DNA from: Mytilus edulis | Taxonomy: Eukaryota | Length of the DNA stretch: 64,000 nucleotides | Direction of reading: 5' to 3' | NCBI RefSeq assembly: GCF_963676685.1 | Contig: NC_092347.1 | Coordinates: 34,472,001 to 34,536,000, forward strand | In this document: piece by piece, positions 1 to 13,439 of the stretch | Layout: each line of letters begins with the position of its first letter | Position numbering within the stretch: position 1 is the first letter of the stretch | Program-made: the position numbers and the translations under genes | Notes under the pieces: generated by a model | Seen by the model: only the letters and a program-made list of their open reading frames with translations | What the model was told of the DNA's origin: nothing | The model's database searches: none

Positions 1-570
1 GTGTAGAATGTAGAAAAGTCAAATGTTTAAGGTATCCAATACAGTGATGGAAGATCCAGTTCTTCATCTTTGGTTGAAATTCCAAAGGAACTTAGAACAG
101 AACTATGATTATCCAGGATTTCCTCTTTGGTAAGTGTCGTGAGGGTATATGTTGAGTTTCCAAGTCAATTGTCAATACCTAATTCGTTTATCAAGCAGTT
201 AATGTAAAATGAGTTTTACACACAAAAACGATATTGTTTGGGGCTTTATCTGCGTGGACAACAACATTTGGGTCTTTAAAGATTGACGTAGCATGGGCAT
301 TGATAGACCAATTCAGTTTCTTAATTCTGATTTGTATCAACGACCTCACTGCCTTAATCCATTCGGAAAGAGTGTCTACGTCTTCCTTCTCACACTTAGC
401 CCATTGCCTGGCATAATCCTCGACTGAATCCATCAAAATTTCAAAGTTGTATTTCCAATTGATGGATTTAGGCTCACAATATTTCAGACCTTTTGATAAC
501 ACATTTCGTGGGACGTGTTATTAACAATGTTGAGATCACCGGTAATAATGTGGCCAGCTGGATTATATAT
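1..570 (-). pseudogene. Penelope-like retroelement RT relic in a POLG intron
   Basis: LSKGLKY, VVVHADKAPNNIVFVCK and downstream LPSLYWIP* resemble PLE RT N-terminal motifs; frameshifts and stops. Confidence 0.75.
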
Positions 571-884
571 GAACTGAGATATATTGAATATATATAAATG
601 TCATTTCACTAAAACCTTAAAAAAAATTTGAGGAACTTTTTCAACCTTAAATAATCCATCTAAATTATTATCTACCAAATAAAACAAAGCCAAGGTATAT
701 ATTCATCACTAAATGACATTTAAACATACAGGGGATTCAGGCAATGCACTATAAAATCTTAATTTTGGGTAGACGTCAAGTACAATTTAAATATAGGTGA
801 AACTTTAATTTTCCTTTCTAGGTGATTTTATCTCTTCTGGCTTCCATGTGTGTTAAAATGGTACAGCCTTTATTAAGTTTCTAC

Positions 885-3800
885 CTACAGGAGGTATATT
901 CCTAGGTGTGATTCCAGCAGCTTGTAGATGTTTTTTTTTCTCATCCCAGGTCATACTACCATCCACACCAGTCTGGACTACCTCTGCCATTTTGTTTTTA
1001 TCAACTTTTGCCTGGGGAACATATCCTGGTAATGTATCCTCCAAGTTAAATAAAGATTCTCTGGTTGACTTCACTGAATAATTAAGACCACAAAGTTTGA
1101 AGACAGATCTGTACAATAGAGAAAACATCATGAACATAAATATGTTTTGATTATAGTTTGAATGAAGTTACATGTGTGTGACTAATATGCCCTGCATTAA
1201 CAGAATTTGTAATGTCAACTATCAGGCCTCTGTGGCCAAGTAGTTCTCCTGCTGTAATCACTAGCCAGTGAACCCCAATCTTGGGGATGCACTTGACTCC
1301 AATTCTAATTGACTGGGATTGTCAGTTTTCCTATAGAAGGTCAGTGATTTTTTCTGGGCACTCCCGCTAGCCCAAATGTGGTGCTTAAAAGTGGCATTAA
1401 AACACCAACTATCAATCAATCAATCAACTATCAGCAAAAGTGATCTCTTTCATATGATCATTAAGAAAAGTCTTAAGGGTTACGTGGAACCCAGTGTCTC
1501 GCCTTCTTTTGCTGTTAATCACAGGCTCAACAAATATGAGGGAAAAAAATCAATTTATAAATATTCCTCTTGATACTATCTTTAGATTGTAAGAAGCTTT
1601 TGTCCAAGTTTGGTAAAAATCCAGGATAGTTTATGAATCTAATAAATGTTTTAAAAACTTTAACTATAGACTGTATGTAATATTAACAAGAAGAAAAACT
1701 ATGGTCATTTTTAAGTAAAATACGGATAAATAGGTACAAAATTTTAACAAAATTTCCTTCAAGATACTAGCTTTTGATCATGAATGAATGTTATGTTTAC
1801 CGGCAGAAAAAATAAGTCCATTCATAAGTAAAATACAGAAAAACAGGATTTTTTTTTTTACGAAATTTACTTCTGAATACTATCTTATGATCATAAACAA
1901 GATTCTGTTCAAGTTTGGTTAAAATCCAGAATAGTTTAAGAAAGTGATTAAAATTTCAAAAACTACAGAGTGAATATTTGTGGACGCTGCAGCCGTCAAC
2001 AGAATGTACAATCGCTATGTCTTGGTTTTTCTACTAAAGTCGAAGGCTCAACAAAAATACCTGTATATGTATATTGCAATCTATTTCTTTTTTTTTGTTA
2101 GTATTGGTTTTTCCCTTTTATCTTTTGTGAAAAATATACAATTCAATATAAAACACAGTACATATCCAATAATCAACTTTCTCTAGATCTCCTTCATTAT
2201 ACCATCAATTTTAAACTATCTTTATGCACAATTAAGATATATAAAACCCTGGTTAACAGAAGTGTTTAGACAGATTTTGGGTCTTTATAATGTATTTAAT
2301 TACCTGACAGGGTATTTAGACATTTCCTCTCCTGTTTTATCTTCTCCATCACTGTCACTCTCTACTTCTTCCAGCATGTCCTTGTCTTCCTCAAGCTTCT
2401 CTGGATCAGGGACGACATATCCCCAGCCAAGTTTACTGTCATAATGTACAGGGTATCCTTCCCACATGAGCCTCATCAGTTTAGGAGCTACTCTCATCTG
2501 CAGGCTGATCAAACTAGGACCAGGCAACCAATCTTCTTTGTTCAGTCTCATACATAAATCTTTATACCATCTGAAAGATCACAGTATGATTCAATTCAGG
2601 CAAAGCATTTCAGGATGCCATGTAGAATCTATCTGTATTCAGTTTTAGATTTAAGGCACTTCAAAAACTGATGTAAATAGATAAACAAATTTTTATACAA
2701 TTAAAGAAAAGTGAGATAACAATATATTTGTTGGATGAATTGACAACTGGAATTTCATGGTTATTAACATAGCCCTGACTTTTAGATTAGAGGGTATAAT
2801 ACCTACCCTGGGTATCCTGCCATATGTGACCTGATTTTATATAATCTTTCTGATGTGGCTAAAATTTTGTTGATTCTGTCTTCTGCTGTTTCCTCTTCTT
2901 TTTCTGTCACCTGAAATATTTGTGTCAAATAAAATAGATTAATAATATATGCATTGTAGGGGGGTGGGGGGTAAGGAGGGGTCCTGAACCTGAAATCCCG
3001 AGCTTAAAAACCATAAAATCCTGAGGTCCTGAATTTTAAGAAATCTAAATCCTGACATTCCAAAATACGAAAAAAAGACTTCCCGGATCACAAAAGGATC
3101 AATCATGAAATCCTCAGCTGAAAAACACCCGATCCCGGAGACCTGATGAAGGTCCTACCCCCTCTAATTGGATGCAAACACAAAAAATCACCACAGAGGT
3201 CAAAATTGTCACAGCCAAAACATATCCTTGAGATCTTTCATAATAAATTGAAATAAAAGTATTCACTTCATTTATTTGTAATTGTACTTTTAATACAAAT
3301 ACTAACCCTGCTTTACATTAGACTGACAAACAGTCAGATTCCAAACTTCCTCATTCACATGGTCACAATTCAAAGGAGGGTATGCTACCAATCAAAGACA
3401 AATTATTCTGCCTTTAAATCAACTAACCTTTACTCTTAACTGGCACAGGTTTACTGAATTACAGCAGATTTAAATTTGAGAGGATTTGTCCTCAAATCAA
3501 AAGAAGCACATTACTACAGGATAACTAAGTCAATTATTAGTGTTCAACATTCTCTTATTTTCAATGAAAGCAACTTACTACTTGATGGCAATGAAAGTTT
3601 AAACTTTCATAAGTTCGAGGGTCTGTGATTTCGATTTTTCAATTTTCAGTGCTCTAAATCAACGAAAAATTTGTATTAGGAGTTAAAATTCATGATTTTG
3701 AATAATTGCAAAATCCATGTAAATGGGTACCATATTTATGATAGTACTTCACACAAGTCATAATGTTTATCAAACCTTTTTGGCCTTAGCCTTGGTCTTT

Positions 3801-6800
3801 GGTGCCTTTTTAATCCTAATGTCCTTTGTAGACCAATCTAAGTCCCATAACCATGGGTCATCTTTATACCTGAAACATAATTCGTTCCCTTAAACAGAAA
3901 TTTCTATGATATTTTGAAACCCAGACACTTCTAAAGAAATACATCAGTCCTCTTAATTTTGTGCTCACCAGAAAGAAGCAAGTATAAATTTTGATAAACA
4001 AGAGCAGATTCATTTTACTGTTAAATTCCTGCTTGAATTAGATGTGGATAATTTTCAATTTATGGCTTATCCAATTTCTCCAATAAATAGTAAAAAGAAA
4101 AAGATACAAGTAGTTTTCTGGGCTAAATCAACTATTGTAATATAGAAAGGACACAAACATACTGTTTAACATTTACTTCTTATATATATATATATTCTAG
4201 ATTGCTGAGGCTACGCCCTACACTGATGTCAATCCTAGATATAATAGGAAAACATGACATCATAACTCCCTCTGTATCCTCAACGATAATGCCACCCCTG
4301 AGTATAACATACATACCTATCAAACACACAACATACAGTATCAAATTATTTTACCTTTCATCATGTATCTTAGTACATGCTTCATTGGCCAGTTTCATCA
4401 GAATGGTTTTAAGTTCTCTCTGTAGATCATCATACACAAAGTTTGACTGCTGAATATATCTATTCCAATTCTGATTAATTGGAAGATATGCTGTCCCCAT
4501 TTCCATCATCCCAGCTAATGTCACAGGATGAGGGAATCTGCAAAATAAAATTATTTGTAAAAGGTTTAAACTATCTTTTTAACTAGAATATGTCCTTAGT
4601 ACACGGATACCCCACTCCCACTATCATTTTCTATGTTCAGAGGATTGTGAAATTGGGGTCAAAATTCTATTTTGGCATTAACATTAGAAAGATCATATCA
4701 TAGGGAACATGTGTACTAAGTTTCAAGTTGATTGGACTCTCAACTTCATCAAAAACTACCTTTACCAAAATCTGAAGTGGGACAGACAGACGGATGAAAG
4801 AATGAACGAATGGACGAACAGACACACACACCGAAAAACATAATGCCCCTAAGTAAGGCATAACAAGAGTGCACACGCTGAAATGTCTGCCTTCTTTACT
4901 AATCATTGATATTATGTTAATAGTCCTAAATATAAAGCTTTATTACAATTTAAACATAAACTTAACATTAACCCAGAAAACTAAAAATTGACCACTGAAC
5001 CATGAAAATGAGGTCAAGGTGAGATGAACCATGCCAGGCACACATGTACAGCTAACAATTCTTCCATACAACAAATATAGTTGACCCATACATGCCAAGT
5101 GACATGATGTTCGCGTGTAATACACGCTTTTTGGACAGTTTACACACGAGGATTTTGTCACATGGCGTGTACACGCTTTTCATCACTTTACACGCAATTA
5201 CACGCTTTTTCATTTTATGGTTGTTAGTGATATCGCGATGCTTAGGTTTTTTCCCTTGTTAGATGAAAAATATCGAGAATTCCGAAGTAATTGTTTGGTC
5301 GCCATTGTTTTAAAGACGAACAGCACAACCCCTGAAAGGTAAGTAGTTTGTGATTAGTTTTTACGATCTTGTGACAATCTTTCTTTCAAATTAACTTATG
5401 GGAAATGTTTACAGAAAGAGGTCGCTTTCAGGGCCTGTACTGTCGTCTATAGATATGATTGATAAGCGAAAACCATGTGTACCCAAGATATAATTTTCAA
5501 GATTTATAAATTATATTTGGGAGTTCGAGTTTAAATGATGAGTAACAAGGTACAATTAACGCATAATTTATGCATCCTATGTTGCAATCATAACAATACA
5601 TGCGAGAGGGGGAGAACAATGTAGCTATTTGATTTAGGTATTTAGCATGTTTAATGGACTCATAATTTTGGTAATCAAATTATAAAATATTTTTCCTTTT
5701 CAGTTTCAAATCTGGCCAACAGATTTCAACAGGTTATAGGAGATGGAAATATCACTGAACTGTACCTGTTGGATCAGTTCTCATAGTACATGTACCAGCT
5801 GATGAACTACCCAGTCTTGACCAGGCAATAGCACCATACATGTAATTTTTTGGAAGCAAAGGCAGAGATTAAAGATAGCATTTTAGATGGCAAAAACATG
5901 TTTATGACACTTGATCAAAGCTTGTTAAAGCTATTTTAGTTCAGGCAAATACCAATTCTGACTGTGAGAGAGTATTTTCAATTATGAAGAAATTTACACT
6001 GAATTCTGAATCAGTTGTGCCTTGTTATCAAGTAAATGTTACTAAACTGACAGTTGTTTTGAATATATATGTGCCTAGTGATCAACAGTTGAATTCAATA
6101 AAAGTTTTCAGCAGACTATTGTTTATTAAATTCATATGAAAAAGTCCGCATCTACATCACACGTTTTCACATACTTTTTGACATGTCATATCATGTCATG
6201 ACATGATTTTTCATTGTCAGAGGTTGGCATGTATGAGTTGACCTATTGCTTAAAGTTTAAAAAAAAAACCAAAACACAAAAATTTAACACTGAGCAATGA
6301 ACCGTGAAAATGAGGTCAAGGTCAAATTCAATCTGAGCGACTGACATATAGATCATAAAATATTTCCATACACCAAATATTGACTTATTGCATATATAAG
6401 TATTAGATAAAAAGACCAAAACTCAAAAACTTAACTTTGACCACTGAACCATGAAAATGAGGTCAAGGTCAGATGACACATACCAGCTAGACATGTACAC
6501 CTTACAATCATTCCATACACCAAATATAGTAGTTGACCTATTGCATGCAGTACTAGTATATGAAAAACAGAGAAATACACAAAAACTTAACTATAACCAC
6601 TGAACCATGAAAATGAGGTCAAGGTCAGATGACACCTGCCGGTTGGACATGTACACCTTACAGTCCTTCCATACACCGAATATACCAGACCTATTGCTTA
6701 TAGTATTTGAGATATGGACTTGACCACAAAAACTTAACCTTGTTCACTGATCCATGAAATGAGGTGGAGGTCAAGTGAAAACTGTATGACGGGCATGAGG

Positions 6801-9800
6801 ACCTTGCAAGGTACGCACATACCAAATATAGTTATCCTATTACTTATAATAAGAGAGAATTTCACATTACAAAAAATCTTAACTTTTTTTTCAAGTAGTC
6901 ACTGAACCATGAAAATGAGGTCAAGGACATTGGACATGTGACTGACGGAACCTTGGTAACATGAGGCATCTATATACAAAGTATGAAGCATCAAGGTCTT
7001 CCACCTTCTAAAATATAAAGCTTTTAAGAAGTTAGCTAACGCAGCTGCCGCCGACGGAACACTATCCCTATGTTGAGCTTTCTGCAACAAAAGTTGCAGG
7101 GTCGACAAAAACACATAATATACCATCTTTTAAAATATATATCTAGTCTTGAGTTTAAGACCAATAATGTGTTCTTACCTTTCTAAGAACTGAGGCCACA
7201 GCACTTTAAAAACTTTTAATGTAGCTATCACATCAGCAGAACAATATTTCATCAGTTCCTATAAAGTACAGGAAATTTGAAATGAATTATTAAATGTAAA
7301 TTTAAAATACTTTATTAGATACAGTCCTAACAGCTATTGAATATGAAGCAAATCAATGAACTTTTCTCCATCAAACAGATAAACCAATATGTATGATATT
7401 TCTCCAGCACTTTTGGAAACCCATCAAGTGCCATATTTTCATCAACTAGTGTTACCCTTTCTTTCAATTATTACTGTCTAATTGATTTACCTGTCTACAT
7501 GGGGAAACTATTCTTTTCAAAGCTAAGGATTTATATATTTTTTATGCCACCACCATAGCGGAGGGGGCATTAAGTTTAACCCTTGGCTGGTCCGTACGTA
7601 CGTCACAAAGTTGGTTTCTGTTCACTAACTTTAGTTTGTCTCAACCAAATGTTATGAAACTTAATACACAATGCATATTGAAAAACAATATGGGGTACAC
7701 AGGGAATACTTGGTACTGAATACAGTGCAACCTATTTAATCTGACACACTGAGGGACCAGAAAAAGATGTCAGATTAGCAGGGTGTTGGAATAATTAGGT
7801 TTTTTCTGCAAAGATAGGCATATTTTGGGACAATGAAAATGTGTTGGTTAAAGCAGGATGTTAGAATACTCAGGTGTCAGATTAGGCAGTTTACACTGTA
7901 CAATTTTTTGAGCAAATTAATATAAATATGTAGTAGTTAAGCTTAGTCTAGCATTAAGTTCACCTGTAACAATAATCCATCTTCAATCATACCCACTTCA
8001 TATTCACAATGGCTACTTACCTGAAATCTCTCTCTGACATCTTTCATTGTGCCTTTGACAAAGACATCTCTGGTATCTTTCTGAAGAGGTTTACCATTAC
8101 AATGTAGCTGATATACATCATTTAGATTGTTCATTGTACTGACTTCTTTCCAAGTATCATCTGACTACAATGAAATCATTATTAACTAAAATCTACATTT
8201 CAAATTATTTTACCGTTTAAGAAGACATTATTTAAAGGAAAAGAGACAAAGAATCATTTCAAATTATGTTTTTTCTCTCAATCCAATCAAACTTAAAAGG
8301 CATGCTTTTTTAACACTGTCACCTTAACAGGAAAAAATAATCAGTGATTAAATAATTTTTAGTCATAGTGAGTTATTGTATTCATGATTCTAACGTTGTT
8401 CTGCAAGCTTTAGGTCAATTCAATTACGATTTTCTCTACACATTTGTTTGCTGATATATTCCTGTTACTTTTAGCATTTTCACAAGTATTTTCAAATAGC
8501 ACAATAAGATATGTTTTTTTGTCTAATATAAAATTAAGGAGATGTGGTTACTATCCACCAATGTTCAAATGAAGAGGATATAGACAATTATAGGCAACCA
8601 TATCACCTTCAACAATAAGTATAAAACCTGGTAAGTATTAGGTATTCTCTGATTTCCTTTTATTGTACCTGTACATGTTTCTGTTGTTTTCCAGCTAAAT
8701 ATTCTCTGACATCCTTTCTATTGGTTCCTTTCTTTGATGCCTGATATAAAATTCTCTGGAAACTAGTCTGACCACACACACCAATATGTAATGACATCGT
8801 GTCCAAAAATCTCAGCTTTGATTTCTGTAATACATAAATACTAATAAGCATGATATTTTGATGTGTCAACTAGATCTGTAGAAACTTGTTGACTTTTATT
8901 AGACAATTAAAATCCTTTCATTTAAATTTTTTTTATAGTTATATTTACTGCCTCGACTTATAAAAGATAAATATAATATAAGCAGGCGCGTAGCTCCCTA
9001 TACGCTAACACACAGTTGTGTGCACATCGATTCGGCATGCAAAAAAAATGGCAAAATAAAAATTTATAAATTGATTGTTAAAGGAAATACCTATGTTGTC
9101 ACTTTCTTAATTGATGAAATATCATTAAATAACTGCATTTGGTTTCAAAATAAAAGTTTTATTGGAGATTATGACAAAATCGGACAGTAACTTGTATCTT
9201 TTACAAGATTTGAATTTGTAATACTCAGTCTAAGACATGTAGTTTTGGAGCACATTTTACAGTGTACGGTTTATCAGTTTGGAATAGATGTATCAATCGG
9301 CATTAGAATTATCAGAACCCTTCAATATCGTTGAAAATATGCTGAGGCGATGTGGTAGACAGACTACCGGAGCCAATCACCCTGCAAACACGCCAAAACA
9401 GTATTGCATGAAATCTCATTACTATAATTTTTTGCGTTCATAAACCATATGATAAGGGAACTGAAGAGTGGAGTCGGGTCTATTATTATCCGAAAATCGC
9501 TTCTTTGTGCTGTATCTGCGTCATCGTGTTGTAGGAAATATAACAAACGAACAAATCTCAACACTGTGTGAGACATACGAAACTGACCTGGCATGTAATT
9601 TTGACGAATTCAATTGGGAGGTCACTTGATGCCGAACACGTACGCTGGTTTATAACATCTCGCGAGTGCTACCATGGAGATCTATCAGTGTACTACGTAT
9701 GGAAAACAAATGTACGATCAACAATGAACAACAACAGTTGACTAGCATTACTGCATATTCATCCGGATTTCAGTGTGAATATTGACAAAGTAATAGAGAA

Positions 9801-12477
9801 GTTTGTTTCTGCCTAGACCCGAAGAGCAGATTTTGGACAATTTGGAGTAAATTCTGTATCACAAATATGTGTTGTTTATGTATTACTCGATTCAGAAGAT
9901 TTATTAATTATAGTTTTACATTCATAATTTTTTTTATAAGTCCTATCTACATATAGCTCCTCTTTTAACCGTCCTATGACCGAAAACCGAAAAAAAAACC
10001 CCAATTTTTCTGCATAAAAGGGTCCCAAAATTTGTTTGCCTTGCAAACTCGTTTCATTCTAGCTACGCCCCTGATAAGCAATCACTTTATGACCTTAACT
10101 ACTTTAAACCAAAAAAAAATTTGCAAAAGAAAAGTAATATCACTAAACACTGAACTCCAAGGAAAATTCAAAAAGAAAACTGTCTCAAATCAAATGGCAA
10201 AATCAAAAGCTCAAACACATCATACTAATGGATGACAACTGTCATATTCATGACTTAGTACATGCATTTTCTTATGTAGAAAATGGTGGATCAAACATGG
10301 TTTTAAAGCTAGCTAAACCTCTCACTTGACTTGTATGACAGTCTCAACAAATTACATTATATTGACAACAAAATTTATTCATACCACATGCAAAACCAAA
10401 CTTTAACAAAATAATTTGAGAATGTGTTCATTTTGGATCATCTTTTACATACGAAAAAAATTCACATGGTTATAAAAGCATGAAAAAAGATTGCAGCTAA
10501 GTTAACTCGAATAATTCAAGCCCTTTCCGTGTCCGATTTTCTCCCACACGAGGGCTTGAACTCCTTGTGATCATTGGCCGCGTCGCCTGCTCTCTGTGAG
10601 AGAGAGCCAATCAGCGGCGATCAGGATACGAGTCTGCGCAACTCTCTTGAAATTGTCTTACCAAACACGTGTGTTCAATTAACACAAATCCGATAATAAT
10701 TAATTAACATCAATTAACATCAGTTTACATCATTTATCATCAATTAACATCCGGAACTCCTCCTTCTTTAGCTGCCAATTTAAATCAAAATTCCCATATT
10801 GCAAAGCGGTGTGAATTTTCCGGTTGACGGTCTTGATCGAGGAAGACGTTCAGGCGTTAATGTAGCCTTCGTAGATCAGCGGAATATAACGACTGAATTA
10901 TTCGGGTTACAGCTAAGTCTTCTACAGGAGATTTTTTTTCTCTCAGATTGTTGAATTATATAATCATTAAACAGTGTGTCTAATTATCTGAAATTGTTTT
11001 AAAGACTGATCTGCTCAAATGTCAAAATATGCCTGTTATAGTTGCCATAAGATTTAAACAGCCATCCTTTACATGCTTTATCAACTCTATCTATTTTTTT
11101 TGTAGTTAATCATATTGGAAAATGTTTGCTCAAATATTTTAACAAATTTTACCTCAATATAATACTGTTCCTTCACAAATGATCTATCAAATCCAACATT
11201 ATGTCCAATGACAAGTCTGTCTCTCCATCTACTTTTGTCTGGTCCATGTTGGTCCATCGATGTTTCTAGTGGTATCAGATCTTCAGGCCAGATTTGTGTA
11301 GCAAGCTTATTCTTATCCTCCATAACTCGATTACTACACCAAGAATACCTGAAATAAAAATTGAGGATCAAATTATTTTGACTCAAAAGAATTTGACAAT
11401 GGAATCATTATAAATAGCAGTTATTTTAAGACAAACCTTTAACAAAAATATCAAAGATAAATTATTCATTGTGTAATATTCAATGATTCAATAATCCATG
11501 TCAAAGGGTCATACATTCATGACACACAAGTACATTATTAAGTTTTTTTTTCAATTGTAACATTCATTCCTTTGATTCATTTATCTTATGAAATATTTTT
11601 TTATTAAGAAAATAAGGCACTTTAACTGCTACCTTGTCAGAAACTCTGAGGAAAATTAAATATTTCATTAGTTGAAAATAAATGGATTTCAAGAAACAAT
11701 AATTTCAAGAAGTGTGATATACCAAAGAAACAATAGTAAAAATAATTTGTCTTCATGTTGACAAACTTTGTATGGCATATTTAAAATCTAAAGCAATTAC
11801 CAATGTTTAGGAGTAACAGCAGTAGCCATAGTTGGATAATGTCCTTCCTGAACCACTAATTCAATATCAAAAACACATACATCTTCCTCCGGAAAGTCAA
11901 CGGGTACAGCCTTCCCTGTATCTGAGTCATATTTGGTCCATCCAGCAGACATCACCCACTTACTTGGACATTTTGGCATTTGACTTTCGATTATCATCTC
12001 TGCCAGTTTCCTGTATGATTCAGTTTGTTTTTTACCCAACTCTAAGAAATGTTTATCTATGTCTTTGTCTAGGAGTTTCGGCAACTGAAGCTGAACATCA
12101 GGAATAATAGGGCAATCTTTGTTCCATAAACCATGACTTTCTAAATGATATTGAACTTTCTTCAATGTTTCAGGATGTACAGATTCAGAAGTTTTCTTCT
12201 CACTAGTTTTACCAAAAATCTGTTCATGTAATTTTTCTGACAACATTTGAATATTGATTGGACTTAATCGTGCCTTGTTGACATCACTACTGTCATGAAG
12301 GTATCGCACATGGGCCAAACTTTGGTTTAAGTTCCTGGTATGCAAAAGATCTTTTCTAGAAGTTATTTTACTTTGTCTGTACTTGTACTTCCTGAGACAC
12401 CAAGATATTTTTTGTCCATCTGGGTCTACTTTGACAGATTTCAAACATCCACGTGACACTTTACCAATTTTATGCAT
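885..12477 (-). CDS. POLG: DNA polymerase subunit gamma-1, mitochondrial (5' part; gene continues beyond the left edge)
   Basis: Spliced exons, minus strand, GT-AG, phase-consistent: 12477-11801, 11348-11153, 8824-8669, 8164-8021, 7258-7179, 4537-4355, 3869-3776, 2910-2807, 2570-2304, 1108-~885 (last donor less certain). Motifs: [11 protein letters not shown], ExoI VFDIE, Exo[21 protein letters not shown], Exo[61 protein letters not shown]. Basic N-terminus fits a mitochondrial presequence. Confidence 0.96.
1225..1430 (+). mobile_element. Degenerate tRNA-derived SINE
   Basis: A-box-like head GGCCTCTGTGGCCAAGTAG, central TTTTCTGGGCACTCC block, 3' end AAAGTGGCATTAAAACACC followed by an (ATCA)n tail. 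Confidence 0.5.
2957..3166. mobile_element. MITE with TAG...CTA ends and 4-bp TSD (Academ/Sola-like)
   Basis: ATTG flanks both sides (2953-2956, 3167-3170); G-rich and C-rich imperfect TIRs; internal ATCCCG/ATCCTG repeats. Confidence 0.55.
4861..7110 (-). repeat. Helentron/HINE-like modular repeat with ~130-bp internal units, interrupted by a hAT element
   Basis: Repeated ACTGAACCATGAAAATGAGGTCAAGGTC units; related copies at ~43690-45160 and ~62130-62640. An adjacent short relative at ~4580-4860 is similar to 57455-58027. Confidence 0.65.
5087..6235 (+). mobile_element. Non-autonomous hAT transposon with transposase relic
   Basis: 12-bp TIR CATACATGCCAA/TTGGCATGTATG, 8-bp TSD AGTTGACC, relic peptide [23 protein letters not shown] (hAT dimerisation motif) at ~5925-5990. 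Confidence 0.88.
7723..7898. mobile_element. Tc1/mariner (pogo/Tigger-like) MITE
   Basis: TA|CAGTG...CACTG|TA with imperfect TIRs (AATCTGACAC/GTGTCAGATT). Confidence 0.65.
8983..10072 (+). mobile_element. Non-autonomous hAT-like element with 5-bp TSD
   Basis: TIR CAGGCGCGTAGCT/AGCTACGCCCCTG, TSD ATAAG; relic peptide VRSTM...[23 protein letters not shown] at ~9710-9830. Confidence 0.82.
10503..10909. mobile_element. MITE with 9-bp TSD (Mutator-like)
   Basis: TIR TAACTCGAATAATTCA/TGAATTATTCGGGTTA; TSD CAGCTAAGT at 10494-10502 and 10910-10918. Confidence 0.85.
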
Positions 12478-13209
12478 TTTTTACCATGTGCTTGAGCTGA
12501 GGAAAAAAAGTTTTAAATTCATTTAAACTCAAAATAATACAATTTTCATTACATATAATCAATCTGAAAGCAGGAGGCCTAAACTGCTGAACTAAGTGTA
12601 GCTTTAGATAGTTGTGTTCTAATGCATTAGTTGAAAAGTTGCCCGCCCCCCCCCCCTTTTGTGGGAAAAATTTTGTTAATTATATAGGGAATCACTGAAG
12701 TATGACTGGAGCGCACCCCCCCCCCCCCCCCCCCCCCCCTTATGAAAAGTTCTGGATCAGCCATTGCAGCAAATCATAGAATATACTCTATTTAAGTAGA
12801 TTTTGGAACTTGCAAAGAAATAAGTTTATGTGCATGAGCTTATCAAAGAATCAGCTTAGATGAAGGTGAAACACCAGTAAATATTGTTGATATTAAATAT
12901 TAAAAACAATAGTTGAATACATGTAGATGCATGAAAATTATTTATTTGAATAATTGCATCATTTTTTTTTTATTGTCCACCTCTGCTTGTTCATAATTTT
13001 TTTAAATATTTATGGACATTTCAATTATATAATATTCTTATCACTTGTAAACATTTACTAAGTGTGGGCGGAATGGACTTGGGCTGTAAAGACTTGGGAT
13101 AGATAAGCATGGGCTGGATTGAAATGGAAGCCCTCAATCTTTAAATAAACAACGGCACAAAGAGAAAAGTTGTGTCATAATATTGACCTTTAAGTATCAG
13201 GATCAGGAT

Positions 13210-13309
13210 TCGTCCAAATAATTATGACGTCTTGCAAGGCTATTTTAATTATTTTCTGGGATGCCTTCCTCCGAATAGCCTTGCAAGATGTCATAATTAT
13301 TTTGGACTA
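13210..13309. mobile_element. 100-bp palindromic MITE with 9-bp TSD
   Basis: GTCCAAATAATTATGACGTCTTGCAAGGCTATT and its near-inverse; GATCAGGAT on both flanks. Confidence 0.7.
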
Positions 13310-13439
13310 GATCAGGATCTAAAAGCATAATAACATCAGATCATAAGGCAGCAACCATTTGATTTTCTGGGAGGGCTATGGATTTTTTTTTCTGGTCAAA
13401 CTTTTTTTTTAATAGTGACGTTACAATATATTCTAAGTA

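Noticed and set aside
1225-1300. tRNA gene
   Set aside because: No foldable cloverleaf or intact B box; only a decayed SINE head.
11832-12107. 91-aa ORF overlapping POLG as a POLGARF counterpart
   Set aside because: It is on the opposite strand; POLGARF is a same-strand alternative frame, and this ORF has no recognisable motifs.
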